Positions 9,626-20,574 of a stretch of 64,000 nucleotides of DNA are shown one piece after another. The notes under the pieces are model-generated. The model was not told the origin of the DNA. It ran no database searches and saw nothing but the letters and a program-made list of their open reading frames with translations. Position numbers and translations under genes: made by a program. Source of the stretch: Porphyridium purpureum (lineage: Eukaryota); assembly GCA_008690995.1 (NCBI GenBank), contig VRMN01000002.1:1302001-1366000 (forward strand), written 5' to 3'. Position 1 is the first letter of the stretch. Every line of letters starts with the position of its first letter.

Positions 9626-12058
9626 ATGATGGTATCAGCGTCCTCTGACGAAATAAAAGAAACGGGGCTCAGCGAGGAACATGCGCCTGAGACCTTGAGC
9701 CACGCAAGCGCCACAGCGTCGCCGTCTGGGCGCGACGAGCGCGCGAGCCGCGGACTGGCGGAAGTTGGCGTGTCTGGTATGGGGGCAGATGCAGTGGCGG
9801 TGGAGCAGCGCGCGCAGGTAGGAGCCTCGGAGGCGCACAGTAGGGTAGAGTTTCACGAGAATCAGTGGAGGTCCGCAATGGCGTCGGTCTGCGCAGGAAT
9901 GATGGAGCGGTCGGTGCAGGAGCTGGAGGAGCTGTATGAGAAGGAGAGCGAGGCGATGGCGCAGATGGGCGGTCGTAGGATGCTCCGTTTCGCCCAGTAT
10001 CATCATCAGCCAGAGGACGCGGCTGATTTTATCATAATGATGACCCTGCAGACGCTGGAGACCTTTTCGCTTCAAAATGCGCCGTCATGGTTTTTCAATG
10101 TTATGGACCGCAACGGCTGCGGCACCGTGCACGAGCCCGAATTTTTGAGGTATGCATCCATCATGTACCCATTATGCGATCCGGCTGTCGCCAAGTATAT
10201 TTGGAATATGCTGATGGAAGCTCAGAGACAGGAAGATGCAGCGGAAGCCGCCAAGACCAAGGCGGTCGCATCTGGGTCGACCGGAAAAGATGCGAGCAGG
10301 AGCGAGGCAATGCTTCCGGTAGCAGCTGACGATCAAGACGAACACGTGTCAACACCGTCGCTGGTCACCTCGCAAAGCAGCCCGCCTGCCATCTCGCAAA
10401 CCCAACACAAGCGCAACAGCTCGACGTTATCCGTATCGAGCATGAAGTCAACGGCAAGCGCCGCGGTGTCTTATGCAGAGCCAGGTCGAGGTCTGACCTC
10501 CACCGTCAAGGCCAGGTCCACCGGTTTCAAATTCAAGGTGTGGAAAAAGTACGTGACGGAAATGAAGGCGAATTACGACGCATTCGAAGTCGAGTGGGAA
10601 AACACGAAGAGCGCATTATTTCTGGACCCACTCGAGCCATTGATTTTCTCATTTACCGCCATTGACCACTCAGAAATGATTCCTTCGCTCGGCCGCCTGT
10701 TCCTGAGCGAGCGCTACCTTGTATTCACAGCTGGTGTTGGCGCTCGCAATTATGTCATTCGGCTCGGAAATATAAGCGAGATCAAGCCGACATGGTTATC
10801 CTTTACGATGCGCGACTGCATCGAAATCCATGTTGAGCCTGAGTTGAAGTCTGCGCTAAAAGCGGACGGCGGCGTTGCGGCTGTAACATCGACCCAGTCA
10901 TCGGAGACACAGCTGGCGTCCAGCTCATCCTCGGAACCATGCGCATACGCTATTGCCGCCGCCGCGCTCGTCAAATCTTACTCAATCAGCGGCGACCCTA
11001 TTCTGTTCTCCTTCCCAGAGCTAGGCGACTCAAGAATGCGTGACACATGGCTGCGCTTTATTCGCGAGATGGTAACGGCATACAAGCTGCACAATAATTA
11101 CGGGTTCGGGTCCAAGGGCCGGCCACCTGCACATGACTCGCCGTGGACCGATGACGCGGCGCGCTCGCCGTACCGCAACGACGTGCCGCCCCCACTGCTG
11201 TCTGTAGCGGCCGGCCTGAACATCATCCGGACGAAGAGCTTGCAGGCTGTCTTGGGTCGACCGTCCTGGCTGTTGCTGATTTTCTCGGACCTCGGCGAGC
11301 ACGAAAACGTGGCCAAGTATTACGTGGATAGCATTCGAAATGTGACCACAAAAGAGCATAGCTCTTGGGTGTCGCGCACTGTGCTCACAATCAAGGAAAA
11401 CATGCAAATCAATTCACGTCTGGCCGACGTTTACGAAGAAGAACCATTCGAGGTTCAAAAGCTCGGCGAGGCGATCATCCGCTTTTGGGAGCTCATCCAG
11501 CCAGCGATCCAGGCCTATGAGCTGTATGATTCCATCAAGCAGTGGAAGAACCCACCGGCGACCGTTTTGGCCATGCTGATATGCAGCTTCATTGCATACC
11601 GCAATTGGGTTATGTACATTCCGTCGCTTCTGTTGTTTCTTTACATGGCCCTTATTCTCGGGGTACGCGTCAGGCTGGTTGGCGTGCGCGGCTCAGACGC
11701 GGAAGCGGCACGTGCGTCAAAAAAAGCACGCTCTACAATGCTAGAATTTGTCAAGTCAGTGCATGACGCGTTGCAAGCGGCACAAAATCTCATCTCGAGA
11801 TGGAACCGCATGCTCGGCAAGATGGAATCTCTGCAGCTTTGGGCGGTGCCCTGGATGACTTGGGTGCTACTGTCACTGGTCTTCGTAACGGCCATCCTGC
11901 TCTTGCTCATCCCCGCGCGCTGGATATTCGTGGCCTTCATTCTCGACACCTTTTCCCAGTTCTTCAGATACCCGGTTGGTGCGGCCGATCAATTCTGGGC
12001 GGACATTCCGGTACTTAGCTCATCAAGCAAGCCGAAGGCGAAAGCGAAATCGCAATGA
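9626..12058 (+). CDS. EF-hand plus GRAM/PH-like domain protein with C-terminal membrane-hairpin region (GRAMD4/MCTP-like)
   Basis: EF-hand DRNGCGTVHEPEF, GRAM-like GRLFLSERYLVF, C-terminal WKNPPATVLAM and WAVPWMTW hydrophobic hairpins. Start uncertain (9626 or 9779). Confidence 0.65.
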   Translation: MMVSASSDEIKETGLSEEHAPETLSHASATASPSGRDERASRGLAEVGVSGMGADAVAVEQRAQVGASEAHSRVEFHENQWRSAMASVCAGMMERSVQELEELYEKESEAMAQMGGRRMLRFAQYHHQPEDAADFIIMMTLQTLETFSLQNAPSWFFNVMDRNGCGTVHEPEFLRYASIMYPLCDPAVAKYIWNMLMEAQRQEDAAEAAKTKAVASGSTGKDASRSEAMLPVAADDQDEHVSTPSLVTSQSSPPAISQTQHKRNSSTLSVSSMKSTASAAVSYAEPGRGLTSTVKARSTGFKFKVWKKYVTEMKANYDAFEVEWENTKSALFLDPLEPLIFSFTAIDHSEMIPSLGRLFLSERYLVFTAGVGARNYVIRLGNISEIKPTWLSFTMRDCIEIHVEPELKSALKADGGVAAVTSTQSSETQLASSSSSEPCAYAIAAAALVKSYSISGDPILFSFPELGDSRMRDTWLRFIREMVTAYKLHNNYGFGSKGRPPAHDSPWTDDAARSPYRNDVPPPLLSVAAGLNIIRTKSLQAVLGRPSWLLLIFSDLGEHENVAKYYVDSIRNVTTKEHSSWVSRTVLTIKENMQINSRLADVYEEEPFEVQKLGEAIIRFWELIQPAIQAYELYDSIKQWKNPPATVLAMLICSFIAYRNWVMYIPSLLLFLYMALILGVRVRLVGVRGSDAEAARASKKARSTMLEFVKSVHDALQAAQNLISRWNRMLGKMESLQLWAVPWMTWVLLSLVFVTAILLLLIPARWIFVAFILDTFSQFFRYPVGAADQFWADIPVLSSSSKPKAKAKSQ

Positions 12059-12091
12059 AGTTGTGAATGTACGTGTGCACGTTTGGTCTTC

Positions 12092-14866
12092 TCACTGCCT
12101 CGGCCTGAACGAAAGGATCATCTGATTGCCAAGTGCCGCCATCTCATCAACCTGAATCCGAGCGAGTTGGTCGTTCTTCTCATGCTTCTGCACGAGCAGG
12201 TCATTCCATGCCTTGTCCTGGGCCGGCCGAAATCTGCACGTTGCGTTTTTTTCGAGACGGTTGTCACGGAGACGACCACGTTCACATTTGTACCATACTA
12301 TAATATCACCTTGAGTGCCGGGTACCAATTGTACCGAAAGAGAGTCAGACATCGCGTCCCAAACAATCCTTTCGATCACACCGCCTGCGTTCATTTTGCC
12401 GTCTAAACCGAGGACAGCCAGTGAATCGCCACCCCCAATGTCCACGCACCGAGCAACTACGAATATGCAGCAGTTCATATCATGCAGGCTCACAACTAGC
12501 GCCTCATGCGCACGACGCTCAAAGGCCTCCGCTAATGCATAATTCCACAGAACAAACACGTCTGACTCGCGCGCTTGTTTCCCAAATGGTTCGATATCCG
12601 TTGGGAAAACCTCTCCTGTGATGGGCTCAGCACCCCACTCCCGCTGGCTGCAGAGGTTGAACACCGCAAGCATTCCATGAACAAGATTCACGTTCCAGAG
12701 AACATAAAGCATCTTCTCACGCAACGGGTTGTGCATAACACACCGCAGAACGGGTACACCTCCACGCATGGCACGAACGATACGTCCGTTCGGAAGTGTC
12801 AGCTCACCTAAAAGCTGCCGTGCTCCGGATTGAGGATCATCCAAACACTCGGCGCGATCAGAAATGTAAAGTGGCGAGCCACCAATCACTCGCGCGCAGG
12901 CATGCAGCCGCGCATGCCACTCTGCGACGCGGAACATATCCCAGTCAGGCACAAATAAGTGTCCCAGCCAAAGTGTATTCAGCGCATTCGTCCAGATGTG
13001 CTTGCCGACGGCAAAGGCACTTTCTTCTGTGTGTGGAAAAGCATGGTCGTCGGACGTGCGCCAGAGCACACTGTGCCGCCCAGCGCTAAAGATGTGTTCA
13101 TTACTGCATGACATGCAGTTCATGAGTAAGGATGCTTGTGCTTGATCGTCCTCGTCGGTCAACTTTTCTGGAAAATTGCGAGCTACAGAAGACTCCAGCG
13201 CTCCACGGTACCTCACTGTCGAGTCAACACGGCCTCCGGCACTGGATGGATCCGCGTGGGCTACTGCTTCGAGAATTGCCTGCTCATCGACCTTGACGCC
13301 ATCTACCCCCACCTGGCGAAGAGATGCATGGTAATCATCGAGGAACCTGGCAACGTCACGTGCGCACACGGGACTGTACTGCTTTTCCCAGTATGTCGCA
13401 TGCTCGACCAAACTATTTCGTCTGAGTCCTCGACCAAATTTTCCACGGCACGCGAATGTTTCGCAGTCCATCTGTTGGGCAAAGGCCGGGTCCACGCCAC
13501 CCCAATATCCTATCAGAGAATGCCACACTAGGACTGCGCGGACATGAAAGTCGTGCTTCATCCCCTGGATGAAACCGGGCTCAAATTTGTGGTTTAGACC
13601 AAAGCCAGTCAAAGTTGGCTTGATATAATTTCCGCTTGCTTCCCAGCCAACGCCGTCTGCGTGTTCTCCTCCTTGGCTTGATTGCCAGCCGTCATCAAGA
13701 ATCACATACGAGATTGGAACTCCTTGGTCGACAAAGCGGCGCATTGTGGCGTTCACCAAGTCTGAAGAAACTGAAAGATCAAACGCATCCCAGGAGCACC
13801 ACCCAAGCTCCGTCGTCAAGACGCTTTCGGATATTTTCTCGCTAAGCGGAGTACCACCAAAGCCTCGACTTCTGAGTGTTTCCCAGATCTGGCCCATAAA
13901 AGCAGCTAATGGAGCAGTATGAGGCGCGAAAAAACCTGTCGTTCGCGTGCTCGAGCTGATGAGCAGCCAGGCGTGATCAGGCAAGTTTAGAACCGCACAT
14001 CCTGATTCGACTCGCACAACAAAGCCAGCAGAACACGCTCGCAGTGAGGCCCGAGTATTCGCACCCTTATCGACGAGAGGCATATGGAAGGAAAGACTTG
14101 CCTGCTCATCGGATCCGGACGCAAGAATCAGAAATTGGATCTCTTCCGGAACATCGCTTAAGCTTTGACCAATGTACGATGCGCTCCAGAAGCATTTTTC
14201 ACGGTACAAGCACATGAGGCGCGTCATATCACGATGATCAATAGGGCAGAGAAACTCTGCAAATGGATGTTCTTCATCTGGTTCCGAGTCAGGCGAAGGA
14301 TGGGCCAAATAAAAGTCGCGACCGGACCCTGCGGTTTCTTTCACCCAGTCATCGCCGACCCGGAGCACAAACGAAGTCCCAAGAATCTGAGCTTTTGGCC
14401 ATGCAGACGCTGGTAGAAACGCAAAGTAGACCAAGGTATTGTTGAACAAGAATGACGAGACTGGTACGTCACAAATCGAGCCCTCATCCCACTCGCGATG
14501 CGTTTTCAGAGCATGACCGACATGCACTGCGTGCGCGGGTGTTTCGCTGCGGATGATCCAAAGCAGGCCGTCCAAGTGGGCGTCATAGCGGACCATCACA
14601 GTCACTGATCGAACTTTGCAGTTCCCTTCTGAGCTGGACACAAAACTGGCCATGAAGTCCTCATCGTATCGCGGCGCCAGCTCGACGCCCGCATACCTCT
14701 GCACGTGTGGTTCAGCCACTACATGCGCTGCGAGGCTCTTCAGCAACGGGCCGACATTCACCTGCACCAGCCGCTGCTGCTGCGCGGGAGAAACGGACTC
14801 GTCAGTGGCAGGACACGTGCGCAAGAAAAGTTCATCCGGCATGACCTCTTCACCTGTGGCACACAT
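12092..14866 (-). CDS. GH36 raffinose synthase / seed-imbibition alkaline alpha-galactosidase family protein
   Basis: LGWCSWDAF, VILDDGWQ, VWHSLIGYWGGV, GVDGVKVD, RTSDD, PDWDMF, GGSPLYISD. First ATG is at 14866. Confidence 0.9.
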   Translation of the reverse strand: MCATGEEVMPDELFLRTCPATDESVSPAQQQRLVQVNVGPLLKSLAAHVVAEPHVQRYAGVELAPRYDEDFMASFVSSSEGNCKVRSVTVMVRYDAHLDGLLWIIRSETPAHAVHVGHALKTHREWDEGSICDVPVSSFLFNNTLVYFAFLPASAWPKAQILGTSFVLRVGDDWVKETAGSGRDFYLAHPSPDSEPDEEHPFAEFLCPIDHRDMTRLMCLYREKCFWSASYIGQSLSDVPEEIQFLILASGSDEQASLSFHMPLVDKGANTRASLRACSAGFVVRVESGCAVLNLPDHAWLLISSSTRTTGFFAPHTAPLAAFMGQIWETLRSRGFGGTPLSEKISESVLTTELGWCSWDAFDLSVSSDLVNATMRRFVDQGVPISYVILDDGWQSSQGGEHADGVGWEASGNYIKPTLTGFGLNHKFEPGFIQGMKHDFHVRAVLVWHSLIGYWGGVDPAFAQQMDCETFACRGKFGRGLRRNSLVEHATYWEKQYSPVCARDVARFLDDYHASLRQVGVDGVKVDEQAILEAVAHADPSSAGGRVDSTVRYRGALESSVARNFPEKLTDEDDQAQASLLMNCMSCSNEHIFSAGRHSVLWRTSDDHAFPHTEESAFAVGKHIWTNALNTLWLGHLFVPDWDMFRVAEWHARLHACARVIGGSPLYISDRAECLDDPQSGARQLLGELTLPNGRIVRAMRGGVPVLRCVMHNPLREKMLYVLWNVNLVHGMLAVFNLCSQREWGAEPITGEVFPTDIEPFGKQARESDVFVLWNYALAEAFERRAHEALVVSLHDMNCCIFVVARCVDIGGGDSLAVLGLDGKMNAGGVIERIVWDAMSDSLSVQLVPGTQGDIIVWYKCERGRLRDNRLEKNATCRFRPAQDKAWNDLLVQKHEKNDQLARIQVDEMAALGNQMILSFRPRQ

Positions 14867-15434
14867 CTGCACCTCCGTCACCTGCACAGGCCACTTCAGC
14901 CAGCCAAGTGCCAAAAACGTCAGGATCCAAACGCGTCACTGTGATAGAAAGTCAGTTCATATAAAAAGAAGCATGTTTACATTGGTATCTCCGCTTTGTA
15001 ACTGTACATCGGAAAATGCATCCTCGATAAGGTTCAGTTGCTGGGATGCAGCGGTGGATGAGCGGCGCGATTGGCACGATGCGTGCCTGCTTTCCAAGTG
15101 GCTACGCGGCAGCATGGATAAACTGGGCACGCCAATTCTGTTGCAACGTGCTGGAGATACTCGCAGGCGAGCAGATAAGCATTCGGCGTCTCATTTGCAT
15201 CGATGCCCCGGTGTGCTGCAATGCAAACGTTTCGCCAACGCGCAAAGTTCTTGAGAAATGTTTCGGCCAAGCTTCGTACTTTCTGGTTGCTCGAAACGGT
15301 AGTGGTCATTAGCCTGATCCTTTGCACGACACAGATAACATCATTGAATCAATGTAGCGAATTCTGCGGTACATCTCTGGTGTAGCGTCTTGCGAAAAGT
15401 CCAGCGCTTCCTACCACCTGTAGCACTGAAGCGT

Positions 15435-16253
15435 TCACGAGAGCAGCAGGGCTCGACGCAGTTGAGGGCCCATACGATGACAGAACAGCGGAAGAATCAT
15501 TTCCCCAGAGAGTGGCTCAACGTCCAGCAGAGTATGAAGATCCGCAACGCTCAAGTTGGCGCAATAGTCGAACGCAAGCAGCGTGAACATACATATGCGT
15601 CCAGCATGTGCAGCGTACGTGAGCGCTGTGTGTTGATTCACGTCCGTATGGTCGATGCAACTTTCCCCGAGACGCAGTAAAGAGGCTGCCGCGTCAACGT
15701 GACCGTGCATTGCAGCCCAGATCAGCGGCGTGCGGTCACTGATATCTGTGCGACTGGCGTCGGCTTTGTACCTGAGCAGCAGCTCAATCATGCATGTATC
15801 TCCTGCTTGTGCAGCGAGTATTAGTGGCGTGGTTCCATCCCGAGAAGACGAATTCGCGTCAATGCCTCGTTCGAGAAACAGACGCGCTGCGTTCGTGTCG
15901 CGGCGGCGCACGGCCACCAGGAACGCAGTATCACCATAACGAATGTCGTCGTCAGCGTTCAGCAGCGGCGAATGCAGAAGGATCTGCACTACTTGGAGGT
16001 TTTCATCCTGTAGCGCAAACCACAAAACTGATTCACCATGGCGGGTCTTTGCGCTCGGATTTGCGCCTGCATCCAGCAGGATGCGAACCACACGCGCATG
16101 CCCATTCGCAGCCGCTGACATTAGCACCGTGTAACCTCCGCGCCTCGTTTCATTTACCGGCGCGCCCTGCGCCAAGAAATTGCGCACCGTGCTCTCATCG
16201 CCACCTTCGGCGCCGGCCCACAGACCCAACCACAGGTCCCACTTCTGCGTCAT
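15435..16253 (-). CDS. Ankyrin repeat protein
   Basis: About 6 ankyrin repeats (GYTVLMSAAANGH, GDTAFLVAVRR, GTTPLILAAQAG, RTPLIWAAMHGH, HTALTYAAHAG). Confidence 0.88.
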   Translation of the reverse strand: MTQKWDLWLGLWAGAEGGDESTVRNFLAQGAPVNETRRGGYTVLMSAAANGHARVVRILLDAGANPSAKTRHGESVLWFALQDENLQVVQILLHSPLLNADDDIRYGDTAFLVAVRRRDTNAARLFLERGIDANSSSRDGTTPLILAAQAGDTCMIELLLRYKADASRTDISDRTPLIWAAMHGHVDAAASLLRLGESCIDHTDVNQHTALTYAAHAGRICMFTLLAFDYCANLSVADLHTLLDVEPLSGEMILPLFCHRMGPQLRRALLLS

Positions 16254-16405
16254 CGTCTGCTCCCTCGCAAGACACTTGTGTCAGGCTGTTCCAGGCGAAG
16301 AATGCACTCGCTCGCACTTGCACGTTGAGACACGTTCGGCACGCAGAGCGACGGACAGAGCCGGTGCGGGACTCCCAGGAGGCGGACGAGGAGGCCGTAT
16401 GCGAG

Positions 16406-17617
16406 ATGGCAACGAAGCATGGGACGAGTAAACGCACTTCGTGGCGGTTTCTGGGGCGCGGAGCGGGAGGGTCTGGGTCGGGTTCGGGGACAATGCGGAG
16501 AATGGTGTCGTCCGGGCGTGACAGCACGGTACATACACCCGTGTCGATGCTATACCCGCAGCACGACAGCGTTTCGAATGGGCAGCAAGTTCGTGGGAGC
16601 GTGGCGGCGCAAAACCGGTTCGCGCACTTTGAGACCATGGCGCAGGCGGGGCAAGCCCAGTATTCGAGTTCGCCGTTTGGATCATCTTCACATTCGGGCC
16701 CGGTGGCTGGCGGACTCAATCGCGTGCTAACTGAAACTAGGAACGTGCTCGCACATCCTGTGCAGCGAGTCATGAACCGGCCGGCGTATGAGCAGCGCCA
16801 GTTTGAAGAAGCCATGGGTCGCGCAATGGAGGAGTTTGTGCGCAACGCCACGCAGCAGCAGCAGCAGCAGCACCACGCGTACAGGAGGGCATCGTCGAGG
16901 CGCGGCCAGGCGGCCACATTCGACCCTTCCTCGGCTTCGCCAGCATCTCCATCAGAGTATCGAGCAGAGGGCTCGCGATGGCCTGTGCCGGGATCTACGA
17001 GCACAGCTGTTTCCTCATCGCTCGTGCAGCTGGGCATTATTATTTTGAGCCTGTCCTCCCTGGTGGGTGTGCTCTTGGCGAGTCAGAAGCCTGACATGCC
17101 AGGCATGTCAAGCTTCTTTTTTGGTTTGAGCATTTCGCTCAGCGTCGGATGCGCGTGGGCCGCGTCGTCTGAAGAAAAGCGCGCGTATCTGAGACATTTG
17201 GCGGCCAGATTCGCTCACTTGGTCCATAGTTTTGCCCTTCTTTTTGAGAGACGAATGCATGAACACCAGCATCCATTTCCACCCACTTTCCAGATTGATT
17301 TGAACAATTACGAGTCTTTGCTTGCGCTTGACGATGAGACTGACAACGGAGCTCGTCACTCAAGAGATCAAGAATCTCGCGCGCAGCTGGTTTCAGAGCG
17401 CACACGGCGCTTTGAGACGTATCCCTTGTTCCCCTTTGCACATGGTAGTGAATCCGATGGCGGAGGTGCACGCTGTTGTGCAGTGTGTTTGGATGACTTT
17501 CAAGAGCAGCAGAATGTGCGCATTCTTCCTTGTATGCATGTATACTGCGATACATGCATCCGCACATGGTATGTGTCGCATGGCAATTGTCCCGTATGCA
17601 AGACAGACTTTGGCTGA
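16406..17617 (+). CDS. Membrane-anchored RING-H2 E3 ubiquitin ligase
   Basis: Two TM helices, NYESLLALD motif, and C-terminal CAVCLDDF..LPCMHVYCDTCIRTW..CPVCK (the second His position is Cys). ATG 16406 avoids overlap with the ankyrin gene. Confidence 0.8.
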   Translation: MATKHGTSKRTSWRFLGRGAGGSGSGSGTMRRMVSSGRDSTVHTPVSMLYPQHDSVSNGQQVRGSVAAQNRFAHFETMAQAGQAQYSSSPFGSSSHSGPVAGGLNRVLTETRNVLAHPVQRVMNRPAYEQRQFEEAMGRAMEEFVRNATQQQQQQHHAYRRASSRRGQAATFDPSSASPASPSEYRAEGSRWPVPGSTSTAVSSSLVQLGIIILSLSSLVGVLLASQKPDMPGMSSFFFGLSISLSVGCAWAASSEEKRAYLRHLAARFAHLVHSFALLFERRMHEHQHPFPPTFQIDLNNYESLLALDDETDNGARHSRDQESRAQLVSERTRRFETYPLFPFAHGSESDGGGARCCAVCLDDFQEQQNVRILPCMHVYCDTCIRTWYVSHGNCPVCKTDFG

Positions 17618-18648
17618 CGCTTTGCAAAGCCAAGGTTTAGACGTTTCGTCCTCTACATGTACACGCTCGTTTGGATGTGCTGCACAAACTTGAGACCACT
17701 ACCTGTTCGAATGGCTGACGGCAAGTTTTCATTTCGCAGCATCGGCAAAGTCGCCTCTTGACTCGTTGCTGCGAAATGCGCGCACTGTCTTTTGCTTTGC
17801 GCTTAGCCTTACTGCGTGCTGAAGATCCACCGCGCCACACACAAGACCAAGCCGTCCGCCTCGCTCGACCTGATTTGTACATAGGTCATACGTCAAGCGA
17901 ATATCCCTCAGACTCCACGATTAGGATCCCTCAGCTTCTCAGCCGCGGACCATGAACTCGTCTCCAGTGGGCAAGTTCTCCGAAGCCCGGAAGGTCTGGC
18001 CGTCAAGCTCGGTGTGTCATTCAACCTCCGCTCAGAAGGCACAAGCATCCTGAATCCAATTTGTCTGAGATCATAGTTGACAGGCTTGTTTGGCGCGTCC
18101 GGCGACGCGCAGCCTTGCTTCACGCGCCAGGTATCGCGTCTGCGCGCACCGAGGTGCCAGGCGGCGCTGCATGTCTATCCCGTCACCCACACACATGCAC
18201 AACCCAGAACCCGCATGGCCAATGTGTGGCCCCCACTGTACACACTGTACCGATCCTTTAAATTTGTATCAATGCCCCATTCCATTGTTATCTTCCTCCA
18301 TCACGGCTTGGTCGAACCGGATAATGGGCTTTTAACCGGTTAATTGTCGATCGAATAGCACGCGAAGTGGCCATAACAAAACGCGACCTTTTCAGATATA
18401 AAATGCTGTACACGGCCAACAGTACTCGCAATGGAACGCAGAGACGACACGGAGCGATTTTTCGGGCCTAGAAGAAGAGTGGCTCGGACGAGAGGTGTGG
18501 CGGCGAAAGAGTCGAGCTTGTGAGATGGGTCTGAGAGACTTTTGTCTACGAGAGGCATGTGCGCGACGGATTGAGAGATTGCAGACGTGCACAGGAGCAG
18601 GCAATTTTGCGTGTTGCCCGTAGGCATGCATGTCTGTGCTGCGCAGAC

Positions 18649-20574
18649 ATGGAACTTGAGGCGTACACTTTGCGGCAGACCGCGCAGTTGCACGCCGTCG
18701 ATTATGTGATTCTGGCGGGATACTTTGTGACCGTGTTTGCAATCGCGATTTACGCTTCCGGGCGCTGTCGCCTCACTCGATCAGCTCCGCGTTTGTACAA
18801 CCCAGCGACGGTACGACTTGATGACACGAGCGTCCATTCGGATAGCGGTAGTGATTCAGGTGGTGAGACCGGGAGCGAGCAAGCTCTTCAGCAGCACGAA
18901 GATTCCGTAGCTGCGACGACAAAGGACCAGAGGCGGGCTGAAAAGTACTTCCTCGCGGACCGTGCTATGACATGGGTGGGAGTCGGCTGCTCGCTTTTCA
19001 TGAGCAACATTGGATCGGAGCACTTTATTGGTTTGGCGGGCTCCGGCGCAAGTTCAGGACTCGCCGTGTCTACGTTTGAGTGGTTCGCGTCACTCACGAT
19101 CGTCGTTATGCTTGGATATGTCTTTGTGCCCCGTTTGCTCAAGACTCGGATACAGACGCTGCCCGAATTGCTCACTGTGCGCTTCTCGGCAGCCAGCGGC
19201 CGCCTCGTGGCGTGCACAACCATCATCGGCGCAGTCGCAACCAAGATTTGCGTGACTTTGTACTCTGGCGCAATTATTCTGCGCGTGATCTTGGGGTGGA
19301 ACGCGGCCGCGTCGCTGTCATTTCTGCTAGGCGTGACGGCCATTTACACGTTGATCGGCGGTCTCTATGCCGTCGTGCTCACAGAAATTCTTCAAACCAT
19401 CTTGCTCTTTGCCGGTGGGCTGCCGCTGGTTGTTCTTGCCTTCCAAAAGGTGGGGGGATGGTCAGGCGTAGTTGCCTACTACTCCAACTTGAACATGGCG
19501 TACAAGCTGCACTTGTTCAACCGCAGCGAAAGCACGACGCAAGAGCCCTTTCCTTGGCCGGGTCTCTTGTTTGGTCTTGTGTGGATGGAAATTTGGTACT
19601 GGTGCACAGACCAAGTCGTCGTGCAGCGCGTGCTTGCAGCAAAGACTCGACTGCATGCCCAGGGAGGTTGCACATTGTGCGGGTTCTTCAAGCTGTTTGT
19701 GCCCTTTCTGATGGTATTCCCGGGCCTGTGTGCCCGAATTCTTTTTGCGGACGTGGTGGAATCAGACCCAAACCTCGCCTATCCAATGATGGTTGCCAGT
19801 ATTTTGCCGCGAGGGCTGACAGGACTGATGGTGTCGGCCATGCTGGCTGCACTGATGTCGAGCCTGGCAAGCACGTTCAATAGCACGAGCTCGATCATCG
19901 TGTTCGACTTTTATCGCGCGTGGCGCCCGGAAGCGTCCGGCGCATCGCTGGTCTGGGTCGGTCGCGCGTCTACTCTGGTGCTGGTGGTCGTATCGATTTT
20001 ATGGATTCCAATTGTAACGCACGTGAGCGACGAATTGTACGTCTACATTCAGAGCATGATCAGCTACCTGGCGCCTCCGATTGCTGTGGTATATCTTGCC
20101 GCGGTGTTGTGGCGCCGGGCTACTGCCACCGCCTCAGTGTGGACGCTGAGCATGGGGATGGTGCTTGGTCTCGCCCGGCTCATTCTGGAAGTTGTCTTCA
20201 TTGCGCTTGGCTCGCCGCGCCTGTTCCAGCCGCTGAGCTTCTTTGTGTACGCCAACTTTCTGTACTTTGCGATACTGTCTGCAGGCCTTTCAATAGTCTC
20301 CATGGTTAGTATCAGCTTATTTTCTACGCCGACGGATGAGGCCAAGCTCGCGCGCTTTTATGGGACCGGAGAGGCGGTAGGCGACGTGGACTGCCACCCG
20401 TCCACGCAGCAGGCGGAAGGGCAACATCATCAGCTGCACGTCTCGAGCGTATCACACAAGCCCGACACATTCAAGCATCCTGCTTCGCCTCTCTCTTGGG
20501 TGGAAACTGCCGTTCGAACGCTGTCTGCCGCCCTCATTGGCTGTGTGGCCTCGGTGGTGGTCCACTTTGCATAA
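18649..20574 (+). CDS. Sodium:solute symporter (SSS; SGLT / myo-inositol transporter-like)
   Basis: YFLADR, SLFMSNIGSEHFIGLAGSG, WYWCTDQVVVQRVLAAK, LAALMSSLASTFNSTSS; many TM helices. Confidence 0.92.
   Translation: MELEAYTLRQTAQLHAVDYVILAGYFVTVFAIAIYASGRCRLTRSAPRLYNPATVRLDDTSVHSDSGSDSGGETGSEQALQQHEDSVAATTKDQRRAEKYFLADRAMTWVGVGCSLFMSNIGSEHFIGLAGSGASSGLAVSTFEWFASLTIVVMLGYVFVPRLLKTRIQTLPELLTVRFSAASGRLVACTTIIGAVATKICVTLYSGAIILRVILGWNAAASLSFLLGVTAIYTLIGGLYAVVLTEILQTILLFAGGLPLVVLAFQKVGGWSGVVAYYSNLNMAYKLHLFNRSESTTQEPFPWPGLLFGLVWMEIWYWCTDQVVVQRVLAAKTRLHAQGGCTLCGFFKLFVPFLMVFPGLCARILFADVVESDPNLAYPMMVASILPRGLTGLMVSAMLAALMSSLASTFNSTSSIIVFDFYRAWRPEASGASLVWVGRASTLVLVVVSILWIPIVTHVSDELYVYIQSMISYLAPPIAVVYLAAVLWRRATATASVWTLSMGMVLGLARLILEVVFIALGSPRLFQPLSFFVYANFLYFAILSAGLSIVSMVSISLFSTPTDEAKLARFYGTGEAVGDVDCHPSTQQAEGQHHQLHVSSVSHKPDTFKHPASPLSWVETAVRTLSAALIGCVASVVVHFA

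Noticed and set aside
15794..16405. N-terminal extension of the 607-aa ORF
   Set aside because: It overlaps the ankyrin gene antisense and has no recognisable content; ATG 16406 is more plausible.
17637..18560. Short ORFs between the RING and SSS genes (likewise 4379-4844, 15034-15327, 20534-21136)
   Set aside because: No motifs or splice structure I could support.
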